The notes beneath the pieces were generated by a model that made no database searches, was not told where the DNA came from, and was given only the letters and a program-made list of their open reading frames with translations. Positions 1 to 7,451 of a stretch of DNA of 43,786 nt are shown piece after piece. This DNA comes from Actinomycetota bacterium. GTDB taxonomy: Bacteria; Actinomycetota; Thermoleophilia; Gaiellales; Gaiellaceae. The translations under genes were made by a program, and so were the position numbers. Location: positions 1-43,786 of the forward strand of contig JBKOVL010000147.1 in the NCBI GenBank assembly GCA_046723895.1, read 5' to 3'. The stretch's first letter is position 1. Each line of letters starts with the position of its first letter.

Positions 1-1
1 C

Positions 2-211
2 GCCGCGCAGAGGAAGGGGGTCGAGAAGGTCTACGCGCTCCAGGCCGGCCGCGAGATCCGCGTGATCGTCAAGCCCGAGGAGATCGACGACGACCAGGCC
101 GTGCTGCTCTCGCACGAGATCGCGCGGGAGATCGAGGAGCATCTCGAGTATCCAGGCCAGATCAAGGTGACGGTGATCCGCGAGTCACGTGCCGTCGAGT
201 ACGCGAAGTAG
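2..211 (+). CDS. rny: Ribonuclease Y, C-terminal fragment (5' end lies outside the window)
   Basis: Frame 2 is open from the window edge. It translates to ...[35 protein letters not shown], which matches the conserved RNase Y C-terminus ([20 protein letters not shown]). Stop TAG at 209-211. Confidence 0.75.
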   Translation, partial: AAQRKGVEKVYALQAGREIRVIVKPEEIDDDQAVLLSHEIAREIEEHLEYPGQIKVTVIRESRAVEYAK

Positions 212-219
212 CGCGGTTC

Positions 220-645
220 CTAGAAGTTCGGCGGGCGTCGCCCGGGCTCCATCGACCAGTAGTCCCGCTGATCGACGACCCGGCCGTCCGGCCCGAAGCG
301 GAGCAGCGCGACGCCGGCAAGCGTCTCCTCGTCACCTTCCACGCTGAGGATCGCCCAGTACTCGACCGCCGCCCGGTCGCCGGCGACAACGGGCTCGCCG
401 AAGCGGCACTCGACGAGCTCCTCGTCCGCGAATGCACGCAGCACGTAGTCCCGCGTGCTCTTCTCCGGCTCGCGGAAGGGATGGGAGCGATGGAGGGCAC
501 CCTCGGCGTAGAGCGCTCCGATCGTGTCGGCGTCGGAGCTCTCCCAGCCCTTCGTCCAGCCCTCCACCCACGCGCGCGCGGCGGCTTCGGTGTCCACAGG
601 GCGATGGTACGTTCCGGCCGGAATCCGCACCAGGGGAGGTCGCAT
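220..645 (-). CDS. SnoaL-like / NTF2-fold family protein (141 aa)
   Basis: ORF-track protein with ...AARAWVEGWTKGWESSDADTIGALYAEGALHRSHPF...AAVEYWA...LLRFGPDGRVVDQRDYW, the typical pattern of SnoaL/DUF4440-like small alpha+beta barrel proteins. Family-level call only. Confidence 0.55.
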   Translation of the reverse strand: MRPPLVRIPAGTYHRPVDTEAAARAWVEGWTKGWESSDADTIGALYAEGALHRSHPFREPEKSTRDYVLRAFADEELVECRFGEPVVAGDRAAVEYWAILSVEGDEETLAGVALLRFGPDGRVVDQRDYWSMEPGRRPPNF

Positions 646-718
646 GCCGCACGTCGAGCCAGGTCGCAGGTTCCACCGCTAGGCTTCGGCGCGGGCCGAT
701 CCAGGCCGGGGCCAAGCC

Positions 719-2194
719 TTGCTGATTCCGCGCGTCTTCCACCAGATCTGGTTGGACCGGGAACCGTTCCCGGCCGAGTACAGGCACCGCCAGGCGACCT
801 GGCTCGAGCATCACCCGACCTGGGAGTTGCGCCTTTGGACCGAAAAGAACCTTCCCGAGCGTGCGGAGCTGCGCCGGGTCGAGGCGTCTGAGCGGCTGCG
901 GACGCCCGTGGAGCGGAGCGATGTCCTCCGCCTCGAGGTTCTCTGGCGCTTCGGCGGCGTCTACGTCGACGCGGATCTCGAGTGCCTGCGCTCGATCGAG
1001 CCGCTGATCGCCGACGCCGAGTTCTTCGTCGGTCGGGCGAAGCGTGGCCGCGTCGACACTGCGCTGCTCGGCGCCGTCGCCGGGCACCCGATCATCGACC
1101 GGGCACTCGACGAGATCCGGCCACGTGAGTTCCCCGGCTACGACAAGTCGGCGACCGGATCGAGGTTCCTGGACCGACTTCTGGCAGACGAACCGGGTGT
1201 GACCTATATCGACCGCGCCCTCATCAACCCGAGTAGACCCAAAGATGTCGAAACGGCGTATGCCGTCGGCGGAGCGGCAGCCAGAGGGGACACCCTCGAG
1301 CGGCTGTGGCAGTCGTTGCTCAAGGCGGAGGGGCGCGTCAAGGCTGCTCAGAAGGAAGCTTCTGAGTGGCGGGCCAAATACGAGGAGGTCGCGGCGCAAC
1401 TGCCGGCTCGAAAAGTCCTGCGGCGGTCTCGCTCCGAGCCGCGAGCGACCGCTGCGAACGAAGTCAAAACGGCGACAGCATCGGTGCGGGTGCCCCGTAT
1501 CTTCCATCAGATCTGGTTGGGGCCGAAGCCGTTCCCGGAGGAGTACGCGGCGTACCAGCAGACCTGGCTTCGTCACCACCCAGGCTGGGAGATGCGTCTC
1601 TGGACGGAGGACAACCTCCCGAAGCCGTTACGCCGCCCGGAGGCCGCCGAACGGCTGCGAATCCCGGCCGAGCGCGGTGACATCCTGCGGCTCGAGGTCG
1701 TCTGGCGCTTCGGCGGAGTCCACCTCGATACAGACCTGGAGTGCCTGCGCCCGATCGAGGAGCTCATAGGAGAATCCAATTTCTTCACGGCCTTGAGCGG
1801 GTCGGGAGTCACCAACTTCTACTTCTTCGGCGCGGTCGCCGGACACCCGATCCTCGACCGCGCACTCGACCGGATCCGACCGAGAACGCGCTTCGGCCAC
1901 GACAAGACGAGAACCGGGCCGCGCTTCCAGAACACGGTGATCGCCGAGCACCGGGACGAGATCCTGCTCCTGGAGCAGTCGACGCTAAAGGCCTACACCG
2001 TCCACCATAAGCACCGCACGTACTTGGATTCGGAGGCGCTCCGACTCGAAGTCCTCAAAGCCAAACTGGAGCTGCAGGCAGCGAAGACCGAGATCGCGCA
2101 ATGGCGCCACCGCTACGGGAACGTCGAGGGAGAGGGACAAAGCCCAGCGAGGTACTCGCCTCCAAGCGGGCAGGCTCCACACGCAGCCGAGTGA
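719..2194 (+). CDS. Double GT32-type glycosyltransferase (two DXD sugar-binding Gly_transf_sug-like domains, each followed by a coiled-coil segment), 491 aa, TTG start
   Basis: The motif sets IPRVFHQIWL...RLEVLWRFGGVYVDADLECLR...GAVAGHPIIDRAL and VPRIFHQIWLG...RLEVVWRFGGVHLDTDLECLR...GAVAGHPILDRAL both occur. They match the Och1/TcdA-TcdB-type DXD glycosyltransferase signature (HQIW..., DxD). No signal peptide or TM segment is visible. Confidence 0.75.
   Translation: MLIPRVFHQIWLDREPFPAEYRHRQATWLEHHPTWELRLWTEKNLPERAELRRVEASERLRTPVERSDVLRLEVLWRFGGVYVDADLECLRSIEPLIADAEFFVGRAKRGRVDTALLGAVAGHPIIDRALDEIRPREFPGYDKSATGSRFLDRLLADEPGVTYIDRALINPSRPKDVETAYAVGGAAARGDTLERLWQSLLKAEGRVKAAQKEASEWRAKYEEVAAQLPARKVLRRSRSEPRATAANEVKTATASVRVPRIFHQIWLGPKPFPEEYAAYQQTWLRHHPGWEMRLWTEDNLPKPLRRPEAAERLRIPAERGDILRLEVVWRFGGVHLDTDLECLRPIEELIGESNFFTALSGSGVTNFYFFGAVAGHPILDRALDRIRPRTRFGHDKTRTGPRFQNTVIAEHRDEILLLEQSTLKAYTVHHKHRTYLDSEALRLEVLKAKLELQAAKTEIAQWRHRYGNVEGEGQSPARYSPPSGQAPHAAE
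725..2194 (+). repeat. Intragenic tandem duplication, about 765-nt period (module 1 about 725-1489, module 2 about 1490-2194)
   Basis: The two halves of the CDS are colinear at both protein and nucleotide level, e.g. cttccaccagatctggttgg / cttccatcagatctggttgg and ctggcgcttcggcggcgtctacgtcgacgcggatctcgagtgcctgcgc / ctggcgcttcggcggagtccacctcgatacagacctggagtgcctgcgc. Protein identity is roughly 55-60% by eye. Confidence 0.8.
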
Positions 2195-2253
2195 TGGGGC
2201 CTGGCCGACGGCTACGCTTCGCGTTGCTGTTCGTGCCCACCTCCCAGCTCCAT

Positions 2254-3582
2254 ATGTACAAGCGCTATCACGTCACGACCTTCGGCTGCCAGATGAACGC
2301 CCACGATTCCGAGCGGATCAAGGGCATGCTCGAGTCGCTCGGGCTCGGTGAGGCGGTCGCTCAGGAAGAGGCCGACGTCCTGGTCTTCAACACCTGCACA
2401 ATCCGCGAGAAGCCCGACCAGCGGCTCGCCGCTCACCTCGCGCAGGCGAAGGCGCTGAAGGATCGAGACCCGGAGCGCGTGATCGCGGTCGGCGGCTGCT
2501 ACGCCGAGGCGCAGCGCGAACTCATCTTCGAGCGGTACCCCTTCGTCGACGTCGCGTTCGGACCGGGCTCGATCCCACACCTCGGCGAGTGGCTCGGAGC
2601 CGGGGGGCATGCGCCACGCGGAGCGTTCGGCACGGCCGACGAGCGCCGGTTCTCTGCCACGCTGCCGCTGCACCGCGGGCGCGCGTTCCAGGCATGGGTG
2701 CAGATCTCGATGGGCTGCAACTCGATCTGCGCCTACTGCATCGTCCCGGCCGTGCGTGGGCGCGAGGCCAGTCGGCGGCCGGGCGAGATCCTGGCGGAGA
2801 TCGAGCAGCTGGCGCGTGACGGCGTGCGCGAGGTCACGCTGCTCGGCCAGAACGTGAACTCGTACGGCCGGGATCTTCCGGTCGACACGCGGGCCGGCTT
2901 CGCCGAGTTGCTGCGCGCCGTCGATGCGGTGGAGGGGATCGAGCGGATCCGCTTCACGAGCCCGCATCCCAAGGATTTCCGCCCGGATGTGATCGCGGCC
3001 ATGGCGGACTGCGGCTCGGTGTGCGAGCATGCGCACCTCCCGCTCCAGTCCGGGTCGACCCGCGTCCTCAAGCGCATGCGGCGGACGTACTCGCGCGAGC
3101 GCTACCTGAGGCTCGCGGCGGAGCTTCGAGCGGCGATTCCCGATCTCGCCCTGACGACCGACCTGATCGTCGGCTTCCCCGGCGAGACCGAGGAAGACTT
3201 CCTGGAGACGGTCTCTGCGGTCGAGGAGGTCGGCTACGAGGGTGCGTTCACCTTCGTCTTCTCGCCGCGCGGCGGCACCGAGGCGGCCACGATGCCCGAG
3301 CAGGTGCCCGAGGAAGTCAAGCGCGACCGGATCGAGCGCCTGATCGAGGTCGTCCAGAGGACGGCCGCCGACCGCAACACGGAGCGGCTCGGAGGCGTCG
3401 AGGAAGTGCTGGTCGAGGGGCCGAGCCGCACCGATCCTGCCCTCAAGCGGGGCCGCACCCGCCGGAATACGACGGTGAACTTCACCGGGACCGCGCAGGC
3501 CGGGGAGCTCGTCCCCGTCGAGATCCACGGCGCCACCTCGACGACGCTCAGCGGTGCACAACTCGTCGCCGCAGCCGTCTGA
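2254..3582 (+). CDS. miaB: tRNA-2-methylthio-N6-dimethylallyladenosine synthase MiaB (radical SAM methylthiotransferase)
   Basis: MYKRYHVTTFGCQMNAHDSE (UPF0004 N-terminal Cys), NTCTIRE, GGCYAE, the radical-SAM motif CNSICAYC, and a TRAM-like C-terminus. I trimmed the ORF-track start at 2101 to the ATG at 2254, which gives the canonical N-terminus. Confidence 0.9.
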   Translation: MYKRYHVTTFGCQMNAHDSERIKGMLESLGLGEAVAQEEADVLVFNTCTIREKPDQRLAAHLAQAKALKDRDPERVIAVGGCYAEAQRELIFERYPFVDVAFGPGSIPHLGEWLGAGGHAPRGAFGTADERRFSATLPLHRGRAFQAWVQISMGCNSICAYCIVPAVRGREASRRPGEILAEIEQLARDGVREVTLLGQNVNSYGRDLPVDTRAGFAELLRAVDAVEGIERIRFTSPHPKDFRPDVIAAMADCGSVCEHAHLPLQSGSTRVLKRMRRTYSRERYLRLAAELRAAIPDLALTTDLIVGFPGETEEDFLETVSAVEEVGYEGAFTFVFSPRGGTEAATMPEQVPEEVKRDRIERLIEVVQRTAADRNTERLGGVEEVLVEGPSRTDPALKRGRTRRNTTVNFTGTAQAGELVPVEIHGATSTTLSGAQLVAAAV

Positions 3583-4474
3583 GCCTGCGGTCCTCGGGCT
3601 GTTCGGGCCGACGGCGAGCGGCAAGAGCGCGGTTGCCGAGGCGGTCGCCCGCAGGGTCCCGGCCGAGCTCGTCGTCGCGGACTCGGCCCAGCTCTACAGC
3701 GGCGTGCCGCTCCTGACGAACCAGTCGCCTGCCCTCCTCGTCGGCATCTGGGAGCTCGACCACGAGGCGTCGGTCGCGGAGTATCAGGAGCTCGCGCACG
3801 AGGCGATCGACGCAGCCCTGGTCGCCGGGCGGACACCGGTCGTGGCGGGCGGCACCGGCCTCTACTTCCGCGCGGCGCTCGGCGGGCTCGACGTCCCGCC
3901 TGCGCCGAAGCCGGGCGCGCGCGAGCGGTGGGCCGCCCTCTACGCTCAGCTGGGCGGCGAGGCGGCGCACGCGTTCCTCGCCGACCGCGATCCCTCCGCC
4001 GCCGCGAGGGTCCACCCGAACGACCGGCGCCGCGTCGTGCGGGCGCTGGAGCTGGCGGAAACCGGCCACTCCCTCGGCGGCGACAGGCTTTGGGAGGACG
4101 AGGCACGTCACCCCACGCTCGTGATCGGACTCGACGTTCCCGGCAAGGAGCTGGAGCGGCGGATCGACGAGCGGACGCGTACGATGTTCGACGCGGGGGT
4201 GGAAGAGGAGGTGGCTGCCGCTCTCGCGCGGCCGCTGTCGGTGACTGCGCGGAAGATCATCGGCTTGCGCGAGGTCGCCGAGCTGCCTCGCGACGAGGCG
4301 ATCGCCGCCCTGACCGCACGGACGCGGCGATTTGCCGCCTACCAGCGGAAGTGGATGCGGCGGATTCCGGGCCTCGTTAGCGTGCGGGCGGACCGGTCCC
4401 CAGACGAGGTGGCGGATGAGATTCTCGCGCTGGCGCGCGGCGGGCAACGAGTACCTGCTCGTCGAGCGGGCTGA
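3554..4474 (+). CDS. miaA: tRNA dimethylallyltransferase MiaA
   Basis: P-loop GPTASGKSAVA, DSAQLYSGVPLLTNQ, and conserved miaB-miaA order. GTG start at 3554 overlaps the miaB 3' end by 29 nt, so the exact start is uncertain. Confidence 0.88.
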   Translation: MHNSSPQPSEPAVLGLFGPTASGKSAVAEAVARRVPAELVVADSAQLYSGVPLLTNQSPALLVGIWELDHEASVAEYQELAHEAIDAALVAGRTPVVAGGTGLYFRAALGGLDVPPAPKPGARERWAALYAQLGGEAAHAFLADRDPSAAARVHPNDRRRVVRALELAETGHSLGGDRLWEDEARHPTLVIGLDVPGKELERRIDERTRTMFDAGVEEEVAAALARPLSVTARKIIGLREVAELPRDEAIAALTARTRRFAAYQRKWMRRIPGLVSVRADRSPDEVADEILALARGGQRVPARRAG

Positions 4475-5120
4475 GCTCGCCGAGCCGCTGACCGCAGAGC
4501 GCGTCCGTGCGGAGCTCGGCGGGGCGGACGGGATTCTCGAGGTCGTCTGGGTGGCCGGAGGCGAGGCCGAGATCGTGGTCTGGAACCCGGACGGGTCGAC
4601 CGCGGAGATGTCCGGCAACGGGACGCGGATCGCGGCGCGGTGGCTTGCCGAGCGTAGCGGCGGCGGGACGCTGCGGATCCGCGTGGGCCGCCGCGAGGTG
4701 GTCGCTCACCTGTTGGCCGGTGGGGAGATCGAGCAGGAGCTCGGCGCGGTGGAGGTCTACGAGCGCGAGCGGATCGCCGGGCTCGACGTCGTCGCGGTCT
4801 CGGTCGGGAACCCCCATGCGGTCGTGGTCGGTGACCCGGACGATCTCCCGCTGATCGGCCCTCTGCTCGAGACACATCCACGCTTCCCCGAGCGCACGAA
4901 CGTCCAGGTCGTGCGAGTCGACGGCCCCGGGCGCGTGACGGCCCGGGTATGGGAGCGCGGCGTGGGGGAGACCGCGTCCTCCGGGACGAGCGCGGTCGCC
5001 GTGGCGGCAGCGACGCACGGCGAGGGCGAGGTAGTCGTCTCTTTTCCCGGCGGAGACCTGCGCGTTCGGATCGCGGAGGGCCGCGCGCGGCTGACCGGCC
5101 CGGTCGAGCGTGTCGAATAG
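4416..5120 (+). CDS. dapF: Diaminopimelate epimerase homolog (DapF fold), short (234 aa), with both catalytic Cys positions occupied by Ser
   Basis: MRFSRWRAAGNEYLLVE, NPDGSTAEMSGNGTRIAARW, SVGNPHAVV, HPRFPERTNV, and RVWERGVGETASSGTSAVAVAAA all align with DapF blocks. Canonical DapF has EMCGNG and ET.xCGTG at the two Ser-containing positions. ATG 4416 overlaps the miaA 3' end by 59 nt. Confidence 0.8.
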   Translation: MRFSRWRAAGNEYLLVERAELAEPLTAERVRAELGGADGILEVVWVAGGEAEIVVWNPDGSTAEMSGNGTRIAARWLAERSGGGTLRIRVGRREVVAHLLAGGEIEQELGAVEVYERERIAGLDVVAVSVGNPHAVVVGDPDDLPLIGPLLETHPRFPERTNVQVVRVDGPGRVTARVWERGVGETASSGTSAVAVAAATHGEGEVVVSFPGGDLRVRIAEGRARLTGPVERVE

Positions 5121-5190
5121 GCACGCAATCGGCACACACGCGTCACACCGCCGCAGGCTAGATTGGAAGTCCCGCCCGTTTGAATCCCCA

Positions 5191-5214
5191 GGGTGGGTGG
5201 GGGCTAGGGATGGG
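5191..5214 (+). other. G-quadruplex-forming motif GGGTGGGTGGGGGCTAGGGATGGG
   Basis: Five G-runs of at least 3 nt are separated by loops of 1, 1, 3 and 2 nt. The motif lies in the 427-nt gap between convergent dapF and dapD. Confidence 0.4.
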
Positions 5215-5547
5215 ACCTACGCCCGGCGCCCCGGCTTAGGAGCTGTCTCAGAACCCCGCTGGGGAGTGCTGGCGTGGGGAGGCGAACCCGACCCCGCGCG
5301 GCGGGCGGCCGCGCGTGGATGACCGCAGTGCTCCGGGCGATCCTGTTCGTGCTGGTCACCGGGATGTCGCTCATGAGCGCCTCAGCCGCCGCCGGCGCTT
5401 GCTCCGAATCCACCGTCAGGCTCACAAGGGCCGCGTGCACGGTCCCGCATTTCGCAGGCTGGGTAGGGCATCGCGTCGGTCCGACCCCGGTCTACCGCTC
5501 GTCGGCCAGACCAACCCAGCAGAGCGCTGCTTGCGCGCAGCCTTCGC

Positions 5548-6303
5548 CTAGCCCGCCGAGATCCCGTACTCGCGGAGGGCGTCGTTCAGCGACACGCGGA
5601 GGTCTGTCGACTCGCTTCGCCGCCCGATGATCAGTGCGCAGCCCAGCTGATACGTGCCGGCCGGGAACTCCCTCGGTCGCGTGCCGGGGACGACGACAGA
5701 ACGCGGTGGCACGTAACCGCGATACTCGACCGGCGCGGGGCCGGTGACGTCGATGATCGGGACGGTCGCCGTCAGTGAGACGAGCGGACCGAGCACCGCG
5801 CCCTCGCCGACGCGGACGCCCTCGGTGATGATGCAGCGCGAGCCGATGAAGGCGCCGTCCTCGACCACGACAGGCCGTGCGTTCACCGGTTCGAGCACGC
5901 CGCCGATGCCGACCCCACCCGCGAGGTGGACGTCTGCACCGATCTGCGCGCACGACCCGACCGTCGCCCAGGTGTCGATCATCGTGCGCGGGCCGACCCA
6001 GGCGCCGATGTTGACGTAGCTCGGCATCATCACGACGTCCTCCGAGAGGAACGACCCGTAGCGCGCAACTGCCGGAGGGACGACGCGGACGCCGAGCGCG
6101 GTGTAGTCGCGTTTGAGCGGGATCTTGTCTCGGTACTCGAACGGGCCGAGCTCGATCGGCTGCATCTCGCGGAGGCGGAAGTAGTCGAGGATGGCCTGCT
6201 TCGCCTCCTCGTTCACGATCCAGTCGTCGTCGTCGCGCTCGGCGACGCGGACCTCGCCGCGGTCGAGAGCGGCGATCGTCTCCAGAACGCGGTCTGCGTT
6301 CAC
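5548..6303 (-). CDS. dapD: 2,3,4,5-tetrahydropyridine-2,6-dicarboxylate N-succinyltransferase (DapD-type hexapeptide acyltransferase)
   Basis: VNADRVLETIAALDRGEVRVAE..., then left-handed beta-helix repeats (IGADVHLAGGVGIGGVLEP...VVVEDGAFIGSRCIITEGVRVGEGAVLG) and the C-terminal ...GRRSESTDLRVSLNDALR. The GTG start at 6303 overlaps the dapC stop (GTGA). The 685-aa ORF-track entry reads through upstream sequence. Confidence 0.85.
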   Translation of the reverse strand: MNADRVLETIAALDRGEVRVAERDDDDWIVNEEAKQAILDYFRLREMQPIELGPFEYRDKIPLKRDYTALGVRVVPPAVARYGSFLSEDVVMMPSYVNIGAWVGPRTMIDTWATVGSCAQIGADVHLAGGVGIGGVLEPVNARPVVVEDGAFIGSRCIITEGVRVGEGAVLGPLVSLTATVPIIDVTGPAPVEYRGYVPPRSVVVPGTRPREFPAGTYQLGCALIIGRRSESTDLRVSLNDALREYGISAG

Positions 6304-7442
6304 AGGACCTGCTCCAGGATCTCGGCCGCCCGCTCGCACTCGGCAAGCGTCGGCACGAGCGCGAGCCGAACGTAGCCGTCGCCGGCAGCACCGAGATACG
6401 CCCCCGGAGCGACGACGATGCCGTGGGCCAGCAACCGTTCGGCGGCCGACTCCGAGCTTTCGCCGCCCGGCACTTCGACCCAGAGATATATCGTCGCCTC
6501 GCTCGCCGCCACGCGCCAGCCGTTCCGCTCGAGTATCGGCAGGAACACCTCGCGCTTTCGCCGATAGGCCTCGCGCGCCCTCGCAACGTGTGCTTCCTCG
6601 CTCCAGGCGAAGACGGAGGCACGCTGGACGAACTCCTGCGGCGCCGAGCCCGTCGAGGGCCGATACGTGCGGAGGGCCGCGATCAGCTCCGGCGAGGCGG
6701 CGACGAAGCCCGAGCGGTAGCCGGTCATCGACGAGCGCTTGGAGAGCGTCTGGAACACGACGACGTTCGTACGGTCGGCGACCTGGAACGCCGAGCACGG
6801 CGGGTCGGTGAACCAGAGCTCGCTGTAGGCCTCGTCCGAGCAGAGCAGGAAGTCGTGCTCGCGTGCGAGCTTGCTCAGCTGCTCGTAGAAGGCGAGCGTC
6901 GCGGTCGCCCCGGTGGGGTTGTTCGGGTAGTTGACCCAGAAGAGCGCGATCCGCTCCCAGTCCACGATCGCGTCGAGATCCGGAAGAAACCCGTTCTCCT
7001 CGAGCAGCGGCAGCGTCTCCACCCGAGCGCCCGCGAAGGCCGCGCCGCGGCCCGGCACGGGGTAGCCGGGCTCGGTGACGACCACGGTGTCCTTCACGCT
7101 CGCCGGGTCGACGGCCATTTGCGCAAAGCTGAAGATCGCCTCCTTGCTCCCGTATGTGGGGATCACTTCGGCGTCGGGGTCGAGCTCGACCCCGAAGCGA
7201 CGGCCGAACCAGCCGGTGATCGCCGCCCGGAGCTCCGGCAGCCCTTCTGCCTTCGGGTAGCCCATCCGCTCCTCGAGGCCGTCGACGAGCGCCTGCCGGA
7301 TCGACGGGTCCGTAGGCTCGCGCGGGTCGCCCTGCCCGAAGTCGAGGATCTCGATTCCGGCCTCGGCCGCCTCGCGCTTCGCCCGCTCGATGCGGACGAA
7401 CGGATACGTCCCCTGGGCGGATAGAACGGGGGAGAGCGGCAC
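6300..7442 (-). CDS. dapC: Class I/II PLP aminotransferase, probable N-succinyldiaminopimelate aminotransferase (DapC)
   Basis: Class I aminotransferase blocks are present (ILDFGQGDP, YPKAEGLPELRAAI, PNNPTGA, the PLP-Lys region SKRSSMTGYRSG). The gene sits between dapE and dapD and is translationally coupled to dapD. Confidence 0.75.
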   Translation of the reverse strand: MPLSPVLSAQGTYPFVRIERAKREAAEAGIEILDFGQGDPREPTDPSIRQALVDGLEERMGYPKAEGLPELRAAITGWFGRRFGVELDPDAEVIPTYGSKEAIFSFAQMAVDPASVKDTVVVTEPGYPVPGRGAAFAGARVETLPLLEENGFLPDLDAIVDWERIALFWVNYPNNPTGATATLAFYEQLSKLAREHDFLLCSDEAYSELWFTDPPCSAFQVADRTNVVVFQTLSKRSSMTGYRSGFVAASPELIAALRTYRPSTGSAPQEFVQRASVFAWSEEAHVARAREAYRRKREVFLPILERNGWRVAASEATIYLWVEVPGGESSESAAERLLAHGIVVAPGAYLGAAGDGYVRLALVPTLAECERAAEILEQVL

Positions 7443-7451
7443 GACCGAACG

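Noticed and set aside
332-1579. Long antisense or off-frame ORF-track entries. Examples are 332..1579(-), 2212..3624(-), 3234..4106(-), 3548..4618(-), 8506..9414(-), 20745..22211(-), 23268..24566(-), 29800..32145(+), 33438..36473(-), 37525..39306(-) and 40285..41532(-).
   Set aside because: Their products are Arg/Pro/Gly/Ala-rich low-complexity strings with no recognisable motifs. Each is fully overlapped by an ORF on another frame or strand that does have clear family signatures. This is the expected artefact of about 70% GC DNA, which is poor in stop codons.
5160-5205. tRNA-like T-loop string (gtttgaatcc) in the dapF-dapD gap, considered as a possible tRNA or tmRNA 3' end.
   Set aside because: The flanking bases cannot form a T-stem or acceptor stem on either strand, and no cloverleaf, anticodon arm or CCA context is present.
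6300-7442. The aminotransferase could be LL-DAP aminotransferase (DapL) rather than DapC.
   Set aside because: It is flanked by and coupled to dapD and dapE, which DapL would make unnecessary. Sequence alone cannot fully exclude other class I aminotransferase specificities, so the confidence on DapC stays moderate.
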